From the human T2T-CHM13v2.0 reference genome, Homo sapiens: DNA of 64,000 nt. A program made the position numbers and the translations under genes. The DNA lies in the NCBI RefSeq assembly GCF_009914755.1, contig NC_060930.1; one strand, given 5' to 3'. The stretch's first letter is position 1, and each line of letters opens with the position of its first letter. Positions 46,741 through 62,634 of the stretch are shown piece by piece. The notes under the pieces were generated by a model that searched no databases, was not told the origin of the DNA, and saw only the letters and a program-made list of their open reading frames with translations.

Positions 46741-47649
46741 GCTTTCTCAATCCATATAATCCTTTGCTTTCCTATTCTGATAAACCAGCCACACACTTGT
46801 AGCTTTGCCTTTTGTGAACATGAATTCCTAATAATTAAACTGAATAATGTCCCAGCTTGCCTGTACGAAGCTACCTGTCTTCTCTCTCTCTCTCTCATCA
46901 GCCCTCATGAGATCCTGCTTTAATTTATGTGAGTAGCTTGCAAGACTGAACTAAGAAAGGGCTGTTTCTAATATAGTAAATCAAAATAACATCACATTCA
47001 CTTGAAACAATGTTTTTGAAATTCAAGTTCAAAACAGGTAATTCAGACTTCACAAATACTTTGGCTTCACACTTGCTTTCCTTCTCTACTATGTCTTCAG
47101 TGACATTGTGCAAAAGGGCAATTCCATTTCCATAGGTTACATTGACTTTGCAGAGCTGAAGAATCAAAAAAAAAAAAAAAAAAAAAAAAAAAGAATGAAA
47201 AGAAAAGGAAAAAAAAAAAACACCAAGAAGGCTTGGTTTGGGCCTAGGAACTAAATAAGCACAAGATAAAAATCACAGTGGAAGTGAGTGTCATTGAAAT
47301 AAAGTGACTTGTTTTTATCGCAAGGCTATTTTCAGTTAAGTCCACTCTAATTCTTATCTTTATTCAACCTACAAGTTATAGATAATGCATGACTATATTA
47401 AAATTCTCTTCTTGGCCTGAATCTCCTATCTCCAGTGGACAAGCTGGGTCCTTGACAACTTGATTGTATGTGTGTTGATTTTTAAAAGACAACATGAAAT
47501 CTTTAAAGTTGGAATTTCCTGATTATTTTAGACCAGGTTCTACATACTGCACTGATACTACAGAGCAATTTTAGAGAGCAATCGTAATTGCATTAAGTGA
47601 CTTCACATGATTAGTAGAAGCAGAAGGAATAGGTGATCTGGATTGTTTT

Positions 47650-48468
47650 TGAGAAAGCTGTTAATGAAATATAATATGCATGTAGAAAAGTGTAAAAATC
47701 TTAAGTGCTCAGTTTGATGTATTTGAACAAAGCAAACACACCCCTTTAACTATCAGACTAAGAAATGGAACATTAGCACCCAAGAAGCCCCATGCCCTGC
47801 CCAGTCACAATTCCCCAAAAAGTAATCACTGTCATGACTTCTAACAACATGGTTTAGTTTAGCCAGTATTCGAAATTTACATATATCGAATTATATAGTG
47901 TGTACTCTTCTATGTCTGGTTTCTTTCACTCAGTAGTGTGTGCAGCAATTATTCATGTCATTCATGTGATAGCAGTTCTCATTGCTGTGTAGTATCTTAT
48001 TGCAGGTATCAACAATATATTAAATATCTATTAATATTTGTGCTCTTACAAATAGTATTTTGGGAACACATGCATATGCATTTCTGTTGAGCACAAACAT
48101 TTAGGTAATAAACTATGCATACTATATATATTAATGGAGACTGCCAAACTTTTTCAAACAGCTGTACCAATTTTCACACCCATTAGAAGTGGGTGAGGCT
48201 TCTAGTTTCCCTACACGCTTACAATCTGTTGATATTGTCAGTCTTTGTTATTGTAGCCAATTTGGTTGTATCGTAGGAGTTTTATATTTTAGTCAGAATT
48301 TCCTTGACAACTAATGAAGGTAGATATTTTTCATATTCTTATTGGCCATTTGGATGTGCTTCTTAGAGAAGTGCTTGTTGAAATCCTTACCTTATTTTTC
48401 TACTGACATATCCTTTTGTTACTGATAGGTAGGAGTTTGTTATGTATCCCCAATATAAGTCTTTTGTA

Positions 48469-48507
<39 letters not shown>

Positions 48508-49040
48508 CTGTGTGTGTGTATTCATTGCTAATGTCTTCTCCCTCTCTGTAGCTTGCCTTACCACTCTCCTAATGGTGTGTTTTAATGAAACTGTTTTAAT
48601 CTTAATCAAACTTTTATTTATAATTAGTGCTTTTTCAGTCCTGTTTTAAAAATCATTCTCTCCCCAAGTTTCATGAAAATATTCTCTTTTCTTCTAGAGG
48701 TCCTAGAGTTTTGCCTTTTACATTTAGATCTATGAGCCACCTCAAATTATGATTTAATTCTTCCTCTATAAATATACATCTCAACTGACATCATTTATTG
48801 AAAATAAAATATTTTCCTTCACTGCATTGCAGTTACACTTGGTTATGCCCCAGGAGACTATATATTTGTGAATCCATTTCTGGATTCTCTATTCTGTTCT
48901 ATTGGTCTGTCATTGAACCAACACCTCACTGTCTTAATTATGAAACTTCGGAACAAATCTTGATATCTGACGGTGTTAGTCCTCCAACTTTGTATTTCCA
49001 CAAGGTAGCCTGTCATTTGAATGTATATGTTAAAATACGC
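47650..49040 (-). mobile_element. Old L1ME-like 3' portion, containing (TG)n at ~48467-48520
   Basis: Reverse L1M 3'UTR and ORF2-end motifs. Confidence 0.75.
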
Positions 49041-49308
49041 CTGACAATCTTCACACCCCTACCCCACCATTGCAACAACCCAACAATAGCAACAACAGCA
49101 GCAAAACCTATTGGCATCTTGATAGGAATTGTAGTAACCATATATGTTAGTTTGGAAATACTAGAAAAACTTGAAAAAATTGTGTCTCATGAATTTGGAG
49201 TGGACACTACTTAACTCACTACACTGTTATTAATCATTCTACATGTGTTACTGTACACACCCTTTCTATGATTGGTTACAGACAACTTAGCAACCCCTAG
49301 TATGTTAA

Positions 49309-49618
<310 letters not shown>

Positions 49619-52059
49619 ATTAATCTTGAATATGATTACTGCATATACCAGATCCTGCCACCCTACCCATCTGACTGTAGGTTTTACAGAACTGCAAATG
49701 AAGAAACCCTCATTTTGACACCATTAAGATATAAAATGGCCCTCTCTGGGGAGCAGGTTGTCATCAGCAGCTGAAATCAGTAAGACGCTATGGCCAGAAC
49801 TGGGACATAGTTCATAAAACGTACACTTTACAATTCAAAATTGTAATTCAATTCAATTCAAAAATTCAATTCAAAAATATGAGAATATTTTTAGAATTTA
49901 ATTAAAAAATAAAATATTGAGTCTTCAGTCTATAAACATGGAATATGCTTCTATTTACAAGTTTTTAAGTGTGTCTGAATACTGTGTTTAATTTTCAGTG
50001 CAGAGGTCTTGTATGTCTTTCCTAAGTATTTGATAATTTTTGAGCTATTGTACATAGTACATATTATTTTTAAATTTCAATTTTCTACATGTTTGTTTTA
50101 TTTATTTTTCCTGGATCTTATCACTGGTCTGCTATAAACTACACCAAGCTGAAAGCAGAAACGGAGACCTACTTAGATTATAAGTAACTATTATGTTAAC
50201 AGAATTATCTTTGCATATATGAAAAAAGAATGTTGCTCTGCAGAAACACTAGTTATATTTGATCTGTAGTGATCCTAAAGGTAGTTATGAGAAAGAAAAT
50301 TAGAAAGTGAGTTTTTGATTTTGTTTTTTGCTCAGTTCTGAGTATCTCTTTTACTGTGAGACTATGTAAGTGCATTCTCAGCAAAAATCACAGTAAAGGG
50401 TTAAGTGGACTAAATCGGATTTGTACTGCCTATGAAGGTGCAATAAATGGGCACATAACTACCCCAGCATGCAAAACTCTTCAGTGTAAATGAGCCAAAC
50501 CGCTAGTTATTTGTCAACTGCTCTATCATTATCCTGTGCGCATCCACCCCTAATAGGGGCTGTCAGGTTCATATATGGCTTGTATGTTGTGAGTTGTTGT
50601 GTCTCTCCTGATAAGTTCCTGTCAGTTGTGGATCTATCTGGTTAGGAGATCAGAGCAAGGAAAAAACAGTGCAGTGATTGACAGTGATCAGAATGGGGTG
50701 ATGGAATGTGGGACATGGAGAGAAATGGAGGGAAGATAACATAGAAGCATAAAGAATAAAAAATTATATGCTGTGTGGTTGAATTCATCCATCTTGTAGC
50801 CTGATTGGTAAGCCTCACATTTAAAAAATAAAAATCCTAATACTATTTTCTTCCTAGCAAATGCACATGGAAAATCAATATAACACAACCAGTAAAATAA
50901 GTCTCAGCCCAGGAAACAACCCTTCTTTAAGTCCACAAAAAATATATTCAATATGTAAACACATTTTCACATACTTTTATATATTTCTAATAATAAAAGC
51001 AAATATGTGAGTTGTATAATTCTCATCTGATGGGGAAACAGAGAATCAAGGAATTTAATGACCAACACCTTGATAAACAGCTAAATTAAGTACTTTTAAA
51101 TCTTGTTTTAGAATTCTATAAAACCATACTGATATGTTAATTTTAGTCCTTCTAGAAATACCTCTTGGCATCCTAAAACATAAATGTAGTGATTCTTAGA
51201 GTATTTCTAAAGTGCATCAAATTTCTACTCTTTTTTTTTTACATTTTATGCATTTGTCACTTTGACTATTTCATCAATATTTTCATTAGGTCCAGCATTG
51301 TGATTTTTGCTTTATCTCAGGTAGAATTATCTGGAACAAAGAAGCAGCAACCTAACAGTATGGAGGGCATAATGTGGCTCTTTTTTGACAATTAATCATA
51401 ATTGGTGGTGGAAGCAATGTGGTTAGTTCAATCCAAAAGCAACTTCTAAAATGTCAAAAAGAAAATATCAAAACAGAATCAAAGTGAACAAAAGCACAGC
51501 CATAATCGACAGCCATGCCCTGGATTCCTGAAGCATTGAAAACCTAACTGAAAAGCTAAAAGCCTGTTCACAGCAACCCTACATTTTGTTTTCCCTCCCG
51601 CATTGTTTTCATTTCTTTAGTTTTGGGTTTTTTTTTTTTCTAAAATTGAATTAACCAATATTTTCTGGCCCACCAGCCATAGACAAGCTAGGATGGGGAG
51701 CAATATAACAAAAGGAGAGAAAACATACCAAGTGATGAGTCTGGAGATGTGATTTTTCAGTTCCTGCTTATATCTTATAGTTGTGTGACCTCGATCACCT
51801 CTCAGGACCAGCCACTTGTTCAGAAAGTGTTTGGGCTTGATGTCACCTAGTGTCCTCATTAGCTCAAAAGTTACTCTGATCTCTTAACCTAGTGGGGAGA
51901 GGAGAGATAGAAGCATGATGAATTAAAAGAGCTTCCAATGGATTGCCTCATTTGGACTTATTTTCCCATTCCCAAAGGCTGACAATGAGGTTTAAAGGCT
52001 ACATGTAGACTGATTTGGGAACAAAAAGATTTTAAATGTTTGTATTAAACTGTTTGAAG

Positions 52060-52680
52060 TATTATGAGGGATATTAAAATGTCCGTGACACAGTCCGTGT
52101 CACAGAGGAGATTTTTCTTTCAATGGAGAAGACATTCTATACAAATACATAATAATGTTGGAAAAAAATCTGAATAAGCCTAAATGGAGTGCTAAAATTA
52201 CAAAAGTATAAGCATTAGATGCTATAGAAATTCAGAGATACGCAAGACACATCTGGAGGAGCACTGAAGATGATCTTGAAGGAGGGGCTTGGGGAGTGGA
52301 CAGATTTGGATAAGCAGATGTATATAAGGAGGTGCCCATTTTTGATGAGAACAACATAATCAACTGAATACATAGAAATGCAAGAAGAGATATCTTCCAG
52401 GAATAGTGAGAAGAAAGTCATCTTGGATCAGAGGACTGTTGGGAGGTAGGATTGGAGGAGGCAGGGAGTATCCATATTTTATAGATGATGTTCAGGTTGA
52501 AGAAGCTAGACTTTGATATTTCATGAGGAGCTAGCAAAGGGAAGGGATTGCCGAGGGAAATTTAATCTTTTAGAAAGATAAAACAAAGGCCAACTGGAAG
52601 AACTGATTAAATGAGAGAAGACACTAGCAGCAAGGAGTCAAGCTGGATATCTAGGCAACTGCCAGGTATAGATGAAAATC
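52060..52680 (-). mobile_element. L2 fragment
   Basis: Degenerate purine-rich L2 body (ttttagaaagataa..). Confidence 0.5.
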
Positions 52681-52704
52681 TAAAGCATTAGCAATGCAAA
52701 AAAT

Positions 52705-52993
<289 letters not shown>

Positions 52994-55900
52994 AGGGGGG
53001 GGGAAAAATCCAATATTTTCCAATATTGGAGGAACTTCCTCAATAATTCTCTTTTCTCCTTTTCCTTCCTGATCTGAATAAGCCTCTAGACAAAATTGTA
53101 TTTTCACTCATCAAGCCTAAGAAGGCATCCTAGTCCCTAGTGGTGGTCTTTGGTTAGATGATATAGAATTGATTTTGTAGTTTGCTTCATGGAGGCCACT
53201 GGGAACATTGTTCATTGGGATGACCTTTTGTGTTCACACGATTATGGAGACATGACCGAATCCCCATCCTTAGTTCAAAAAGAAAACAAATCTTCTTCAT
53301 TATTTTGCTGGCTCTCCACCCTTCTTGATCTCAGCCAACCTTTTTCCAGGGTCTCCCATCTGCTCTCCTCCCATGACGATATTCTCGGATATTTTGTTCC
53401 CTTGGAGCCAAAGATACACTCTTTATGTGGTGAAAAAGAGTATGTCTCATCAAAGTCACTCTGGACTAGCTGTCTATAGCCCAGTGATAATAATTCCACT
53501 ATCTAAAGGAAAAATGTAATTTTACCACAAACATTCCCATGATGATTCAGTCCTAACTCTTGCCAGAGAGAAGGCTACGCCATTTTTTTTTCTATCCCCA
53601 GCACACAGGCTGCTGTGAAGAAGCATCTGCTGTCTAATTCTTTTCTATATTAGGATAAAATGCTTTTTGGCTTGCTGATTTCAGGCCCTTAGGAAAAGAG
53701 AAAACAAAGTTTCTCATAAAGTCTTCATTGCACAACCAGTTGGTCTGTGTTCTGGGAACCCCAGGCATGGACTTGCGGACCGAGCCATAGGAGCCATAGC
53801 TCAGAGATAATCGGGTCAGGAGCTGGATGTGATGTGCTTGCTCTGGGGGTACAGATGGTATCTATTTAGCTAGAATTCTTCCACTGTGGCTGCCTTAATG
53901 CCCAGATCATTTTAACTGGCTTCTTATCACATCTGGGAGGGCCAGCATACTTTTCCTAAAGACTAACCAGATAGAGTTTAGTTTTCTACAGCTCCAACAG
54001 AATGAGGCATAGGAATAAAAATCCGCATTCACAGATGAATATGTCCTTGAGAATGTATCTGGAGAGCACCTGAGGAAAAAGCATTAGAGTGCTATTTTCT
54101 TACCAGTTCCTTCCGAGCCTCCTCCCTGCAGGGCTGCTTTTGATGAAGACAAGGGCACACTGTTCCCATGAAGACTCCTGAGCCAGGTCAGGGGCAGAAG
54201 CCAAGGGAGGTGGGGCTACTGAAGGAAGCATCACCTGTTGAAGGCTGTTGGCCTATCTCATGAGAAGGCTAGATGGGAGAGTCTAGGACACACACTTTGT
54301 ATTTTGCTCTCTCCTCTCAAACTCCAGCTTTCTGTGTACCAGTGAGCTGGCTCACACTGCAAGTACTGGCCATCTGCACAGCATCCCTGGGCACATTCAG
54401 AAGTGAACTGGGAGGCCCAAGCTATCCACTGGAAAACAATCACATCCACAGGGCTGTGTGCTGTGTTTGTGTTTGTAATATAATAATAATCATTATTGCT
54501 GTTATTGTTATGATTTTCCAAACTGGCTCGTTTTTATGTATTTCCTATTACCCTCACCCTCATGGATATAGGGAGATAGTTATTGAACATGCCTTAAACT
54601 AGGACATCTCATATGTCTTACTACTTGCAATTATTATTTCAGGACCATAAAGAATGCAGCCTCCTTTTCTGTCCAGCAAGATATATTTCAAAGCCAAAGA
54701 GAGCCATAACACAATTAAAAGGACTAATTGTTTTAAAAAGTCAAGGTGATGAAGGAGGAAGAGTATTTACTAAGTGATAAACATTTGCTTCTTCACAAAG
54801 CCCAGATTTTATGCCTCTAGACATAACATGCCTGTTCTCAGAGTTTTAACAATGCAGCTCTCAAAAGACTTCCCTTTGGTTGTAGGCGATTCACAGATTT
54901 TTAGCTTCTTACTCTCTGATTAGGGTTGATGTGCCAGGGAACAATTTTTATTAGGTTTCAACGCATCTGTGGTGCTTAAATAAGAGACTGAAACAGGCAC
55001 TTGTTCCATGCTGTAGGGTGATAAGTTGCATTAATTTTTATTTTAGGCTGTCTCCAAACATGGCTTTTATAGACTAATAAAAAAGCAATTTTTATAAGTT
55101 CACAAAAAACAATGAACACAGTCGAGCATAAATATCTTACAACCAGGGCCAGAGGAAAATTATGAACTAAAAAATCTGCTGAAAGAGGCACAAAAAGCAC
55201 AATTCCTAGATGCTGCATTCTCGAGATAAACTCTCACCTACAAGAAAACGTGTGTAAATGCAAATTTTCACTAGTGTTTCTACCCTGTTCTTACCCTGCT
55301 GTATTCTGGAACTCTATTTCCCTACTCTTCACTAATTTATACCCATCATACTCTTTAAGATCAACCTCAAATACTCAGCTTTTTTGGAGTTAATATTACC
55401 CATTAATGCCAGTCTTCTTTGGCGTTCCTGTAACACTTACTTTTTAATATTTTGTTTATATCAATCCTTAAGGTGTTGGCTTTTCAAAACTTAACTAGAT
55501 TGTAAGCTTTTTCATAAATATGGAATTTGTTTTCTTTCTGTAAAAAGAATTCTGCAATAGCATCTAAGACCAATGGTTGATATTTGTTAACTATTTATTG
55601 GTACTATAATTTATGTGATGCAAAGGCTATAACCCCGTTAAGTTAACCTCCCAATTCTCCCCTACCATAATAATCCTACGATTCTGGTCTAGGAATCTCA
55701 TAAAATAAAAAGAATATAAATTCAAGGATTCTATCTTTTCTTTCAATGGATCTTATTAATAATACAGGCCCAGAGCAATTAAAAATATCTTGGATTTAAA
55801 GAAAATGTAACCTGTCCACAGATGTTGACCTCAAATTCTAATACTTGCAAGTGTTTTAGCAAAATTCATATGGAACACTAATGCCAGAGCTTGAACCAGG

Positions 55901-56734
55901 GCAGCCTTAATTTGTTTAGGACTCTGCCTGATTTGTTTTTAACCTCTGAGTCTAGATTCACAGTTGCATTTTTCTATTTTGCTTGCAATGACTGCAGAAA
56001 ATCATTACTTAGTTGAAAAATTCACATTTCCATATGGTTGTTCAGAATATTCTTGGAAAAATTAAATAGGAAATGTTTCAGTAAAATTACTCTATTGTCA
56101 TATCTCCGGAAGGATATTTTATATGGGCAGAATCTATCAGGCAATAAAAAATTTAAAGTGTATTTTGAATAGCTACCTTACCAAAGCTATAACCGAAGGT
56201 TTTAAAATAGTGGTAGTACTACATTACTATACAATTTAAAATGCATATGTGAAATATATTATCTCAATTAATATTTAATGTATATACCAAAATAATTTTC
56301 TCAAAAGCTAAAGAAAAAATTGTCACTTACTCAAACCTTTTGTTTACTTACTGCCAAATGTCTGAATATTTGAAAACTTCCAGATGACTGACAGCAGTTT
56401 TGACTTTTGATTCTGCCAGTCTTAGATCACGTGATTACCCTTTCGGTTTAGAATATAAATCATTACTTTTACTACTTCTATAAATTTCATGTTCCAGCCA
56501 CACTATTAGCCTGACATAAAATTGTTTATTGCTTTGATGCTCCATGCAAAAAAGGCAAATAAACAAAATATCCAGGAACCTTAATATACAACCTGTTACC
56601 TTAGATAAAGCATCTTGACTTTCTTAGGCCTGTAAGTCAGTTAAGCCTTCCTAAGGTAGCGCTCAGTGTTAAGGTGCTCATTGTTTTGTTCGCTTATTAG
56701 AAAACTAAAAGCAGTACCTAAAATTGAGTTGGGA

Positions 56735-57685
56735 ATATAATATGGATAGGAAAAAACATAGTGTTTTTTCTACTCACACACCCACTTAACACTTCTGTAA
56801 CCAGGTGCCTGTGGAGTGTTTCCCACACACCAAGCAATGGACACCAGCTGGGTGTCTTCCATTTTAATTCAACACTGTCACAGCTACCTGGAGATTGCAT
56901 CAGATCCCACAGATTGAGGGCTCAGTCCCAAAAAACTGCCCAAACTTAAGATGCCAGTTGTATGCCCCAGTTTGTGACCTATGCTTCTGACCAACTGGCT
57001 ATAAATTGGAGTCTCCATGGTCCCCTCCTTTGAGTTCAATTGATTTGCTGTGGTGTCTCATAGAACTCAGAGAAACATTTTATGTTTACCAGTTTATTAA
57101 TAAAGGATATAATAAAGAATACAGATGAACAGCCAGATGAAGAGATACACAGGGCAAGGTCTGGAAGAGCTTTGAGTGTAGGATTTTCCATACCTGCTGA
57201 GTTGGAGTGCGAGCGCCTTCTGGCATGCAAATGTTTTCACTAACCGAGAAGTTCTTTGAAATTAGTCATTTTGGGATTTTATGGAGGCATAATTACATAG
57301 ATATGATTGATTAAGTCACTGGCATTGGTGAGCAACTCAACCTTCAGCCCCTCTCCTCTCCTCAGAGGTCCAGGGATTGGGGGACAGGAGCTGAAGGTTC
57401 CAATCTTCTAATCACATTGTTGGTTTCCTGGCAGCCAGAAAACAAAAGATACTCCTCTCACCCAGGAAATTCCAAGGAATGTAGGAGCTCTGTGCCAGAT
57501 GCTCCTATCACTCAGAAAATTACAAAGGTCTTAGGAGCTCTGTGTCAGGAACCTGGGTCAAAGACCTAACATTAGAACAAAAAATTATCCTAGCACCCCT
57601 ATACACAAGGGTTTTAGGAGCTCTGTGTGTCAGGAATCTGGGGCAGAATCCACATATATATTTCTTATTATATAACAATATCTCC
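56735..57685 (-). mobile_element. MER21-family solo LTR
   Basis: ggacaccagctgggtgtc..ctacctggagattgcatcagatcccacag..gagggctcagtccc and terminal atttcttattatataacaatatc. Confidence 0.8.
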
Positions 57686-60600
57686 AGGTCCTATTTGCTA
57701 GGAAACCCATTCTATATGGCACCTTTGTGGTGGGTATATTCTTTCCTGTGAACCCTTTAGTGGAAGTACGTGACAGGTGGGGGAATTGGAGGCTCGTCTA
57801 TAATTTCTCTACAGGAGGGATTTGGGGTCTAGAATACTTGCTTGAAAGCTGGCTTTACCTAGCAAGAATATCGTTTTACTCAATTTGTTATTATTTTGAG
57901 ACACTTTGGAAAAATTTCTGGAGATGATAAGAAGAATTGTCCATGTTATTTAAAATGATGCTAGCAGCTGAAACTAATAAGTTCCAAACTGAATGCCTTA
58001 ACACAATAAAAATTTACTTCTTATTCATATAACATAATGCATATTCCTGGTCAGGTGACTTTTCTCAAGTACCAGGTCAAGCTTTCATCTTCTAAATACC
58101 GCCTTAGAGGTATCAGTGATGGCTATGAGATTCTCTGAAAGCACAGCAGTCATGTAGAAGCTCTCCCTCGGAGAGCGTTTCCTCAACCACGCTGTACTAT
58201 ACTTCCTGATTCATAAGTTCATGTCTTTGTAGGGATCAGCAGCTACCAGGGATGACCTTGAAAAGATAGGACTCATTGTGCACGGGAGTTTTATTTCAAA
58301 CCTTCATAATTGAGGCTTCTCATTTCCTTTTTCTCCTGACTTGATATTGATTTTCTTCATGCCTGAATGAGTTTTTAATCCTGCCAAGGTGGAAGTTCAT
58401 ATTTGCAACTTTTATTTCTTATTTCAAAAGAAAATGAAAGCTAAAAATGTCTGATTAATTTTCAAAAACTAGAAAAGGTTAGTTCTTTCCCACCCCCCAT
58501 ATAGCACAAAAATGAATGTGCTAATTTAGCTGAAATGTTATGAGATATGTACTATTGGGTGGAAACCAAGTATGGAAATTCCATAAACATTTCCCACTGT
58601 GATATCTCTTCAGAGACACCTGCTCGCTTCCTACCAAACAGATTACTATTCCAATAATAAAAATGTAAATACATTCAACATCAGTAAAAAGAAATTCACC
58701 TACCAATTTTGGGAAGCCTTAGCTCTCTAAGCAAGTTTTATGATCTTTTACAACATCACAGATGACTCCAGTCATGGATCAATACACTATACACATTTGT
58801 ATATGAAAATAATGGTAACTGCCCAGATTCTATCATTATCTTCAGCTACAAATTTCAGTCTACAGTTACCATTTCATTATAGTTTTAAATGTTCTCCTCT
58901 AAACATTTTTAAGCAAACAACTAGCCTCATGAACACTACTGACTCTTAGTGAAATGATTAGTGGAAGGATAATTGCATGTCAGATGTTGTGTAACTTTTT
59001 GGGAGCCAGTTTCCCACAGCATTTTAAGTTCTTGGAATTCCATCGATGATGTTCTCACACTATTCATGCTCAAAAATTCACTGGCAACACACATCTGTGT
59101 TTACCCTTTCAATCATGATAATGTCCACAATACTTTTCATATTCCTAGAGGATTAAGTAATACCTCCAGAATCTTAGAAGACAAACATGACTTATGTTGG
59201 ACTTGAAATCATTCTACCATCCATAATAGGAAGAGTCTAAAATTGGAAACCGCCTACACACTAGAAGCAAAAGATGTTCATAACTGCCTATTTCTGGCTT
59301 AATAGCAAATTAATATAATGAAAAAGATCTGTAATGTAATGACAGAAAACATATAACCCTGGATATGGATCCCATTTCTCGCTCTTCATCTGCAATCCAG
59401 ATCAATTCTGTCTAAATTGGATAATTTTTTCAATATATGAAATATGCTGTTGTTCATATTGGTACTTTGTTCACAACAACAAATACACATGGAAGCAATC
59501 ACAGAATGGAGGAAAGTCATCAGTCTTTCCTTATATAGAGTCGAGAAAACTCTTGACTCATCATTACCCTTTCTAAAAAGGTCTTAGGAAAGAAATATAG
59601 GTACCATAAGGTCAATTTCCTACAAATCTGGGGTATAATCAGAATTAAAAAAAACAGAAAACTCTTGAAACCAGATGTGCTCAAAGCACTTGCCACCACT
59701 CTTATTCCCACTCTCTTGGCCAATATCATTAATTGATCACATTAGTCTTTCCCACTGGGGCCGGATTCAGGCACAGAATCTTGCTCAACGTACAGTGTTA
59801 GCTATCAACTACCAATTAACAATTGAGCTAAGTTGTAACTCAGTATGAAAATCTAGTTGTCATTCTTGACATAGACGATCCCTGGGTAAGAACTGGAGAG
59901 AGAGAAAAGCTACACAGTCATGACCTTGGAAATCCTCTCTGTAGATTCAAGTGGTCCTATCTACAATAAAAGCTGCTATTTACATTCTTGCTGAGGCTAT
60001 TTCCTTCTGATATGATTTTGCCTTGGGAGGCTCGTGAAGCTTTTCTGGCAAGCATTATCTGTAATGACCATATGCAGGGTATACAAAATAACAGAGAAAA
60101 AAGTTTAACTTTCATTATACCTAGAGTACCCTTTTTCCTCTGTCAAAGTTTCACCAGTGATTAAGCTGTGGCTATACAGGCTGTCAAATGCAGGAACTTC
60201 AGCCAAATAGACTGGGCCACCTACCATCATGGTGGGGTCCAAGAAGTACTTTCCAGGGGAAACAGGTCAGGACCACTTTATTTCTTCTCAGTCTTTGAAA
60301 AGTAAAATCTCTGTTGGCCCATAGCCATTTGAGCAACTGTTTCACTGAAAATTATTTCTGCATCATAGACAAAACAACACACACACCAAACCACATGGCC
60401 AGTAGCTTTTGTACTAATTGTCAGTCTATCTTTTCTTTCTTTCTTTTATTTGCCCTCATTTCCTCACTTAGTTATTTTTAATTTTTAAAAATCACATTGT
60501 GTTGTTTTTAGGCAACTTAAATCATCTGTGGAACAAGGGAAGACATAAATACATAAAAATGAATTAATACGTAAATACATCAAAATTTCCTCCACTAGTC

Positions 60601-62634
60601 TTCTTATACTATGCAATCCACAAATCTACCACTGAAGGCTTCTGAAAATTATTTGTTTTGATTTTGTTCCTATTAGCTAAAAGGATCTGTTTTCCAAATC
60701 ATCCAAGAGAAGTATGTTAAAGGCATTAAAATATACCTAAGAACAATAACACAATACCACCAATATTGTAAATCTTACGGTGACATTTTATCCACTGGTG
60801 CAATGTCCTTTATTTGTACATTTAAGATATTATTGGGCTTTTTTTTTCTACATGAGGAAGCTGGAGCTATTAAAAGTATTCCATGGTTTAACCAACCTTT
60901 CGGGAAACATCAGAGGTACAAACAGCTATAAGAAGTTGCTTCGTGTCTCTAGGGGATAATATTCCCCTGAAAGAAGACATTACTTCCTCTCTTTATTTAT
61001 ATCTGTGAAATCTTGCTTTTGACTTGACCAAGCTGAAGAAAATAATGTCTCTCAGGTAACTGATAGACTGTGAAATTAAGTTCAAGAAATCATATCACTT
61101 GAAGAAGCAATCTTTATCCCTGACTCTACCTGCCATCACAGGCTTAAAGAAATCTGGCTTTGAACTCATCCATCAGTTCTGTTTCCTCTACTGGTTTTTG
61201 CATTTGGTGGAGGAAACTGGTGATTTTTAGATTGACAGAAAAAAAAAAGTTCAACTGAGAACAAAGCTTTCTTACAGGTATTTTTGCTGGCAGTAGTGTC
61301 TTTTTCTCCTTTGAGCCCTCAGAGCATTTCCTAGTTTTGCAAATATTTTCCTTTTGAGGCTGTCTTACCAAAGTTGTCAGCAAGATTTATGATAAATGCA
61401 ATTTGTAATAGGCAAGGGCTGTTTCTTTGTATGACATTGGCCAAACATATTGCTCTTGACCTGAGTATTTGTAATTGTTGGTGGTTTCAACTTCAGTGTT
61501 GAAATGAACTTGATTTCATGTTAGGGAAGCAGCCTATTGTCTTGTTGACAAGAAGTGGCTTCTTATTCTACACAATAAAATTAAACTCACTATTTATTGT
61601 GCCATTATTTATGTGTCAGATGGTTGGTGTATATTCTTCTGAGTCAAATAAAAATAACAGGAGTTTTTATTATAATTATTATCCTTATCAAGTAGTTTTA
61701 AAAACAATGTCAAAGTGATTAAATAGCAGTTAAATAGCTGACTGGAAATTAGAACTTAAACCTAGGAAAATCTGAATTCCAATCCTGTATTCTACACCAT
61801 TCTCCTCCCATCATCAATATTCTCTAAATACATTTCTCCCAGGCTTCAACTTTTTAAAATACAAACTTTATACTAATCACCTTTCATGGATCTCTTGATG
61901 ATAATCACCTTAGAGTATGTATATTCCTTCCCATTTCAAGGAGAATTGAAAAATGCCAGAATTCATGCAGCGGTACACTGTACTATATTTGGTTTTTTCC
62001 AAGTTTGCCATGAACTGTGTTTGGAACATTTAAGTTGTTATCTGAAGTGTTTAATTTCAATGCTGTATTTCAGGAACCAGTGAAAATAAATCAACAAATC
62101 TTATGCATTATTTTTCAATATACACACAAAAAATCATTGTCTAATGTGACTAACATATTAATGAGATCAGACATCTTATTTGTGTTTAAGTCATTCTAAA
62201 CATTTTCTTTTTAATATTCTGTGGGATTTTAAAGATATTTCAGGGAATTTTGCCTCACATCCTTTATTTTAATTTTAATTACTTTTTTTTTACCATGTCT
62301 ACCTCCATTTTTTCTTATACTCCATTTTCTTATTGCTCCATTTTTTTGCGTGTATAAAATATTATTTGATTCAATAAGAATGATATGACACTTATACAAG
62401 AATGTGTCTGTCAACTGGAAACAAAACTTACCCAATGTAGTTATCATTTTACTTTTCACAGAACAGTTTGGACCTTTAACACTCCCACAAAGCAATAAGT
62501 AGATCTATGTGTTGTTTTAGAAATATTTTATTTCTGCTGATTTTTCTTACTCTTTTCCAGGCATATGCAGCAAACGAATAAGTCTATCTAGCTTTCTGGA
62601 TTCTGAGAATTGTCACCTTTCAGGCCAGTTTCCA

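Noticed and set aside
49830-49875. (AATTC)n-like short repeats, plus small tandem duplications at ~52081 and ~53782
   Set aside because: Simple slippage products. There is no repeat-spacer architecture, so they are not CRISPR-like.
53189-53519. Cluster of short ORFs with a minus-strand acceptor near 53503
   Set aside because: No recognisable protein similarity and no matching donor.
61130-61216. Possible minus-strand exon (CAG|gtagag donor)
   Set aside because: The acceptor lacks an adjacent pyrimidine tract, the donor is weak, and all three frames contain stops.
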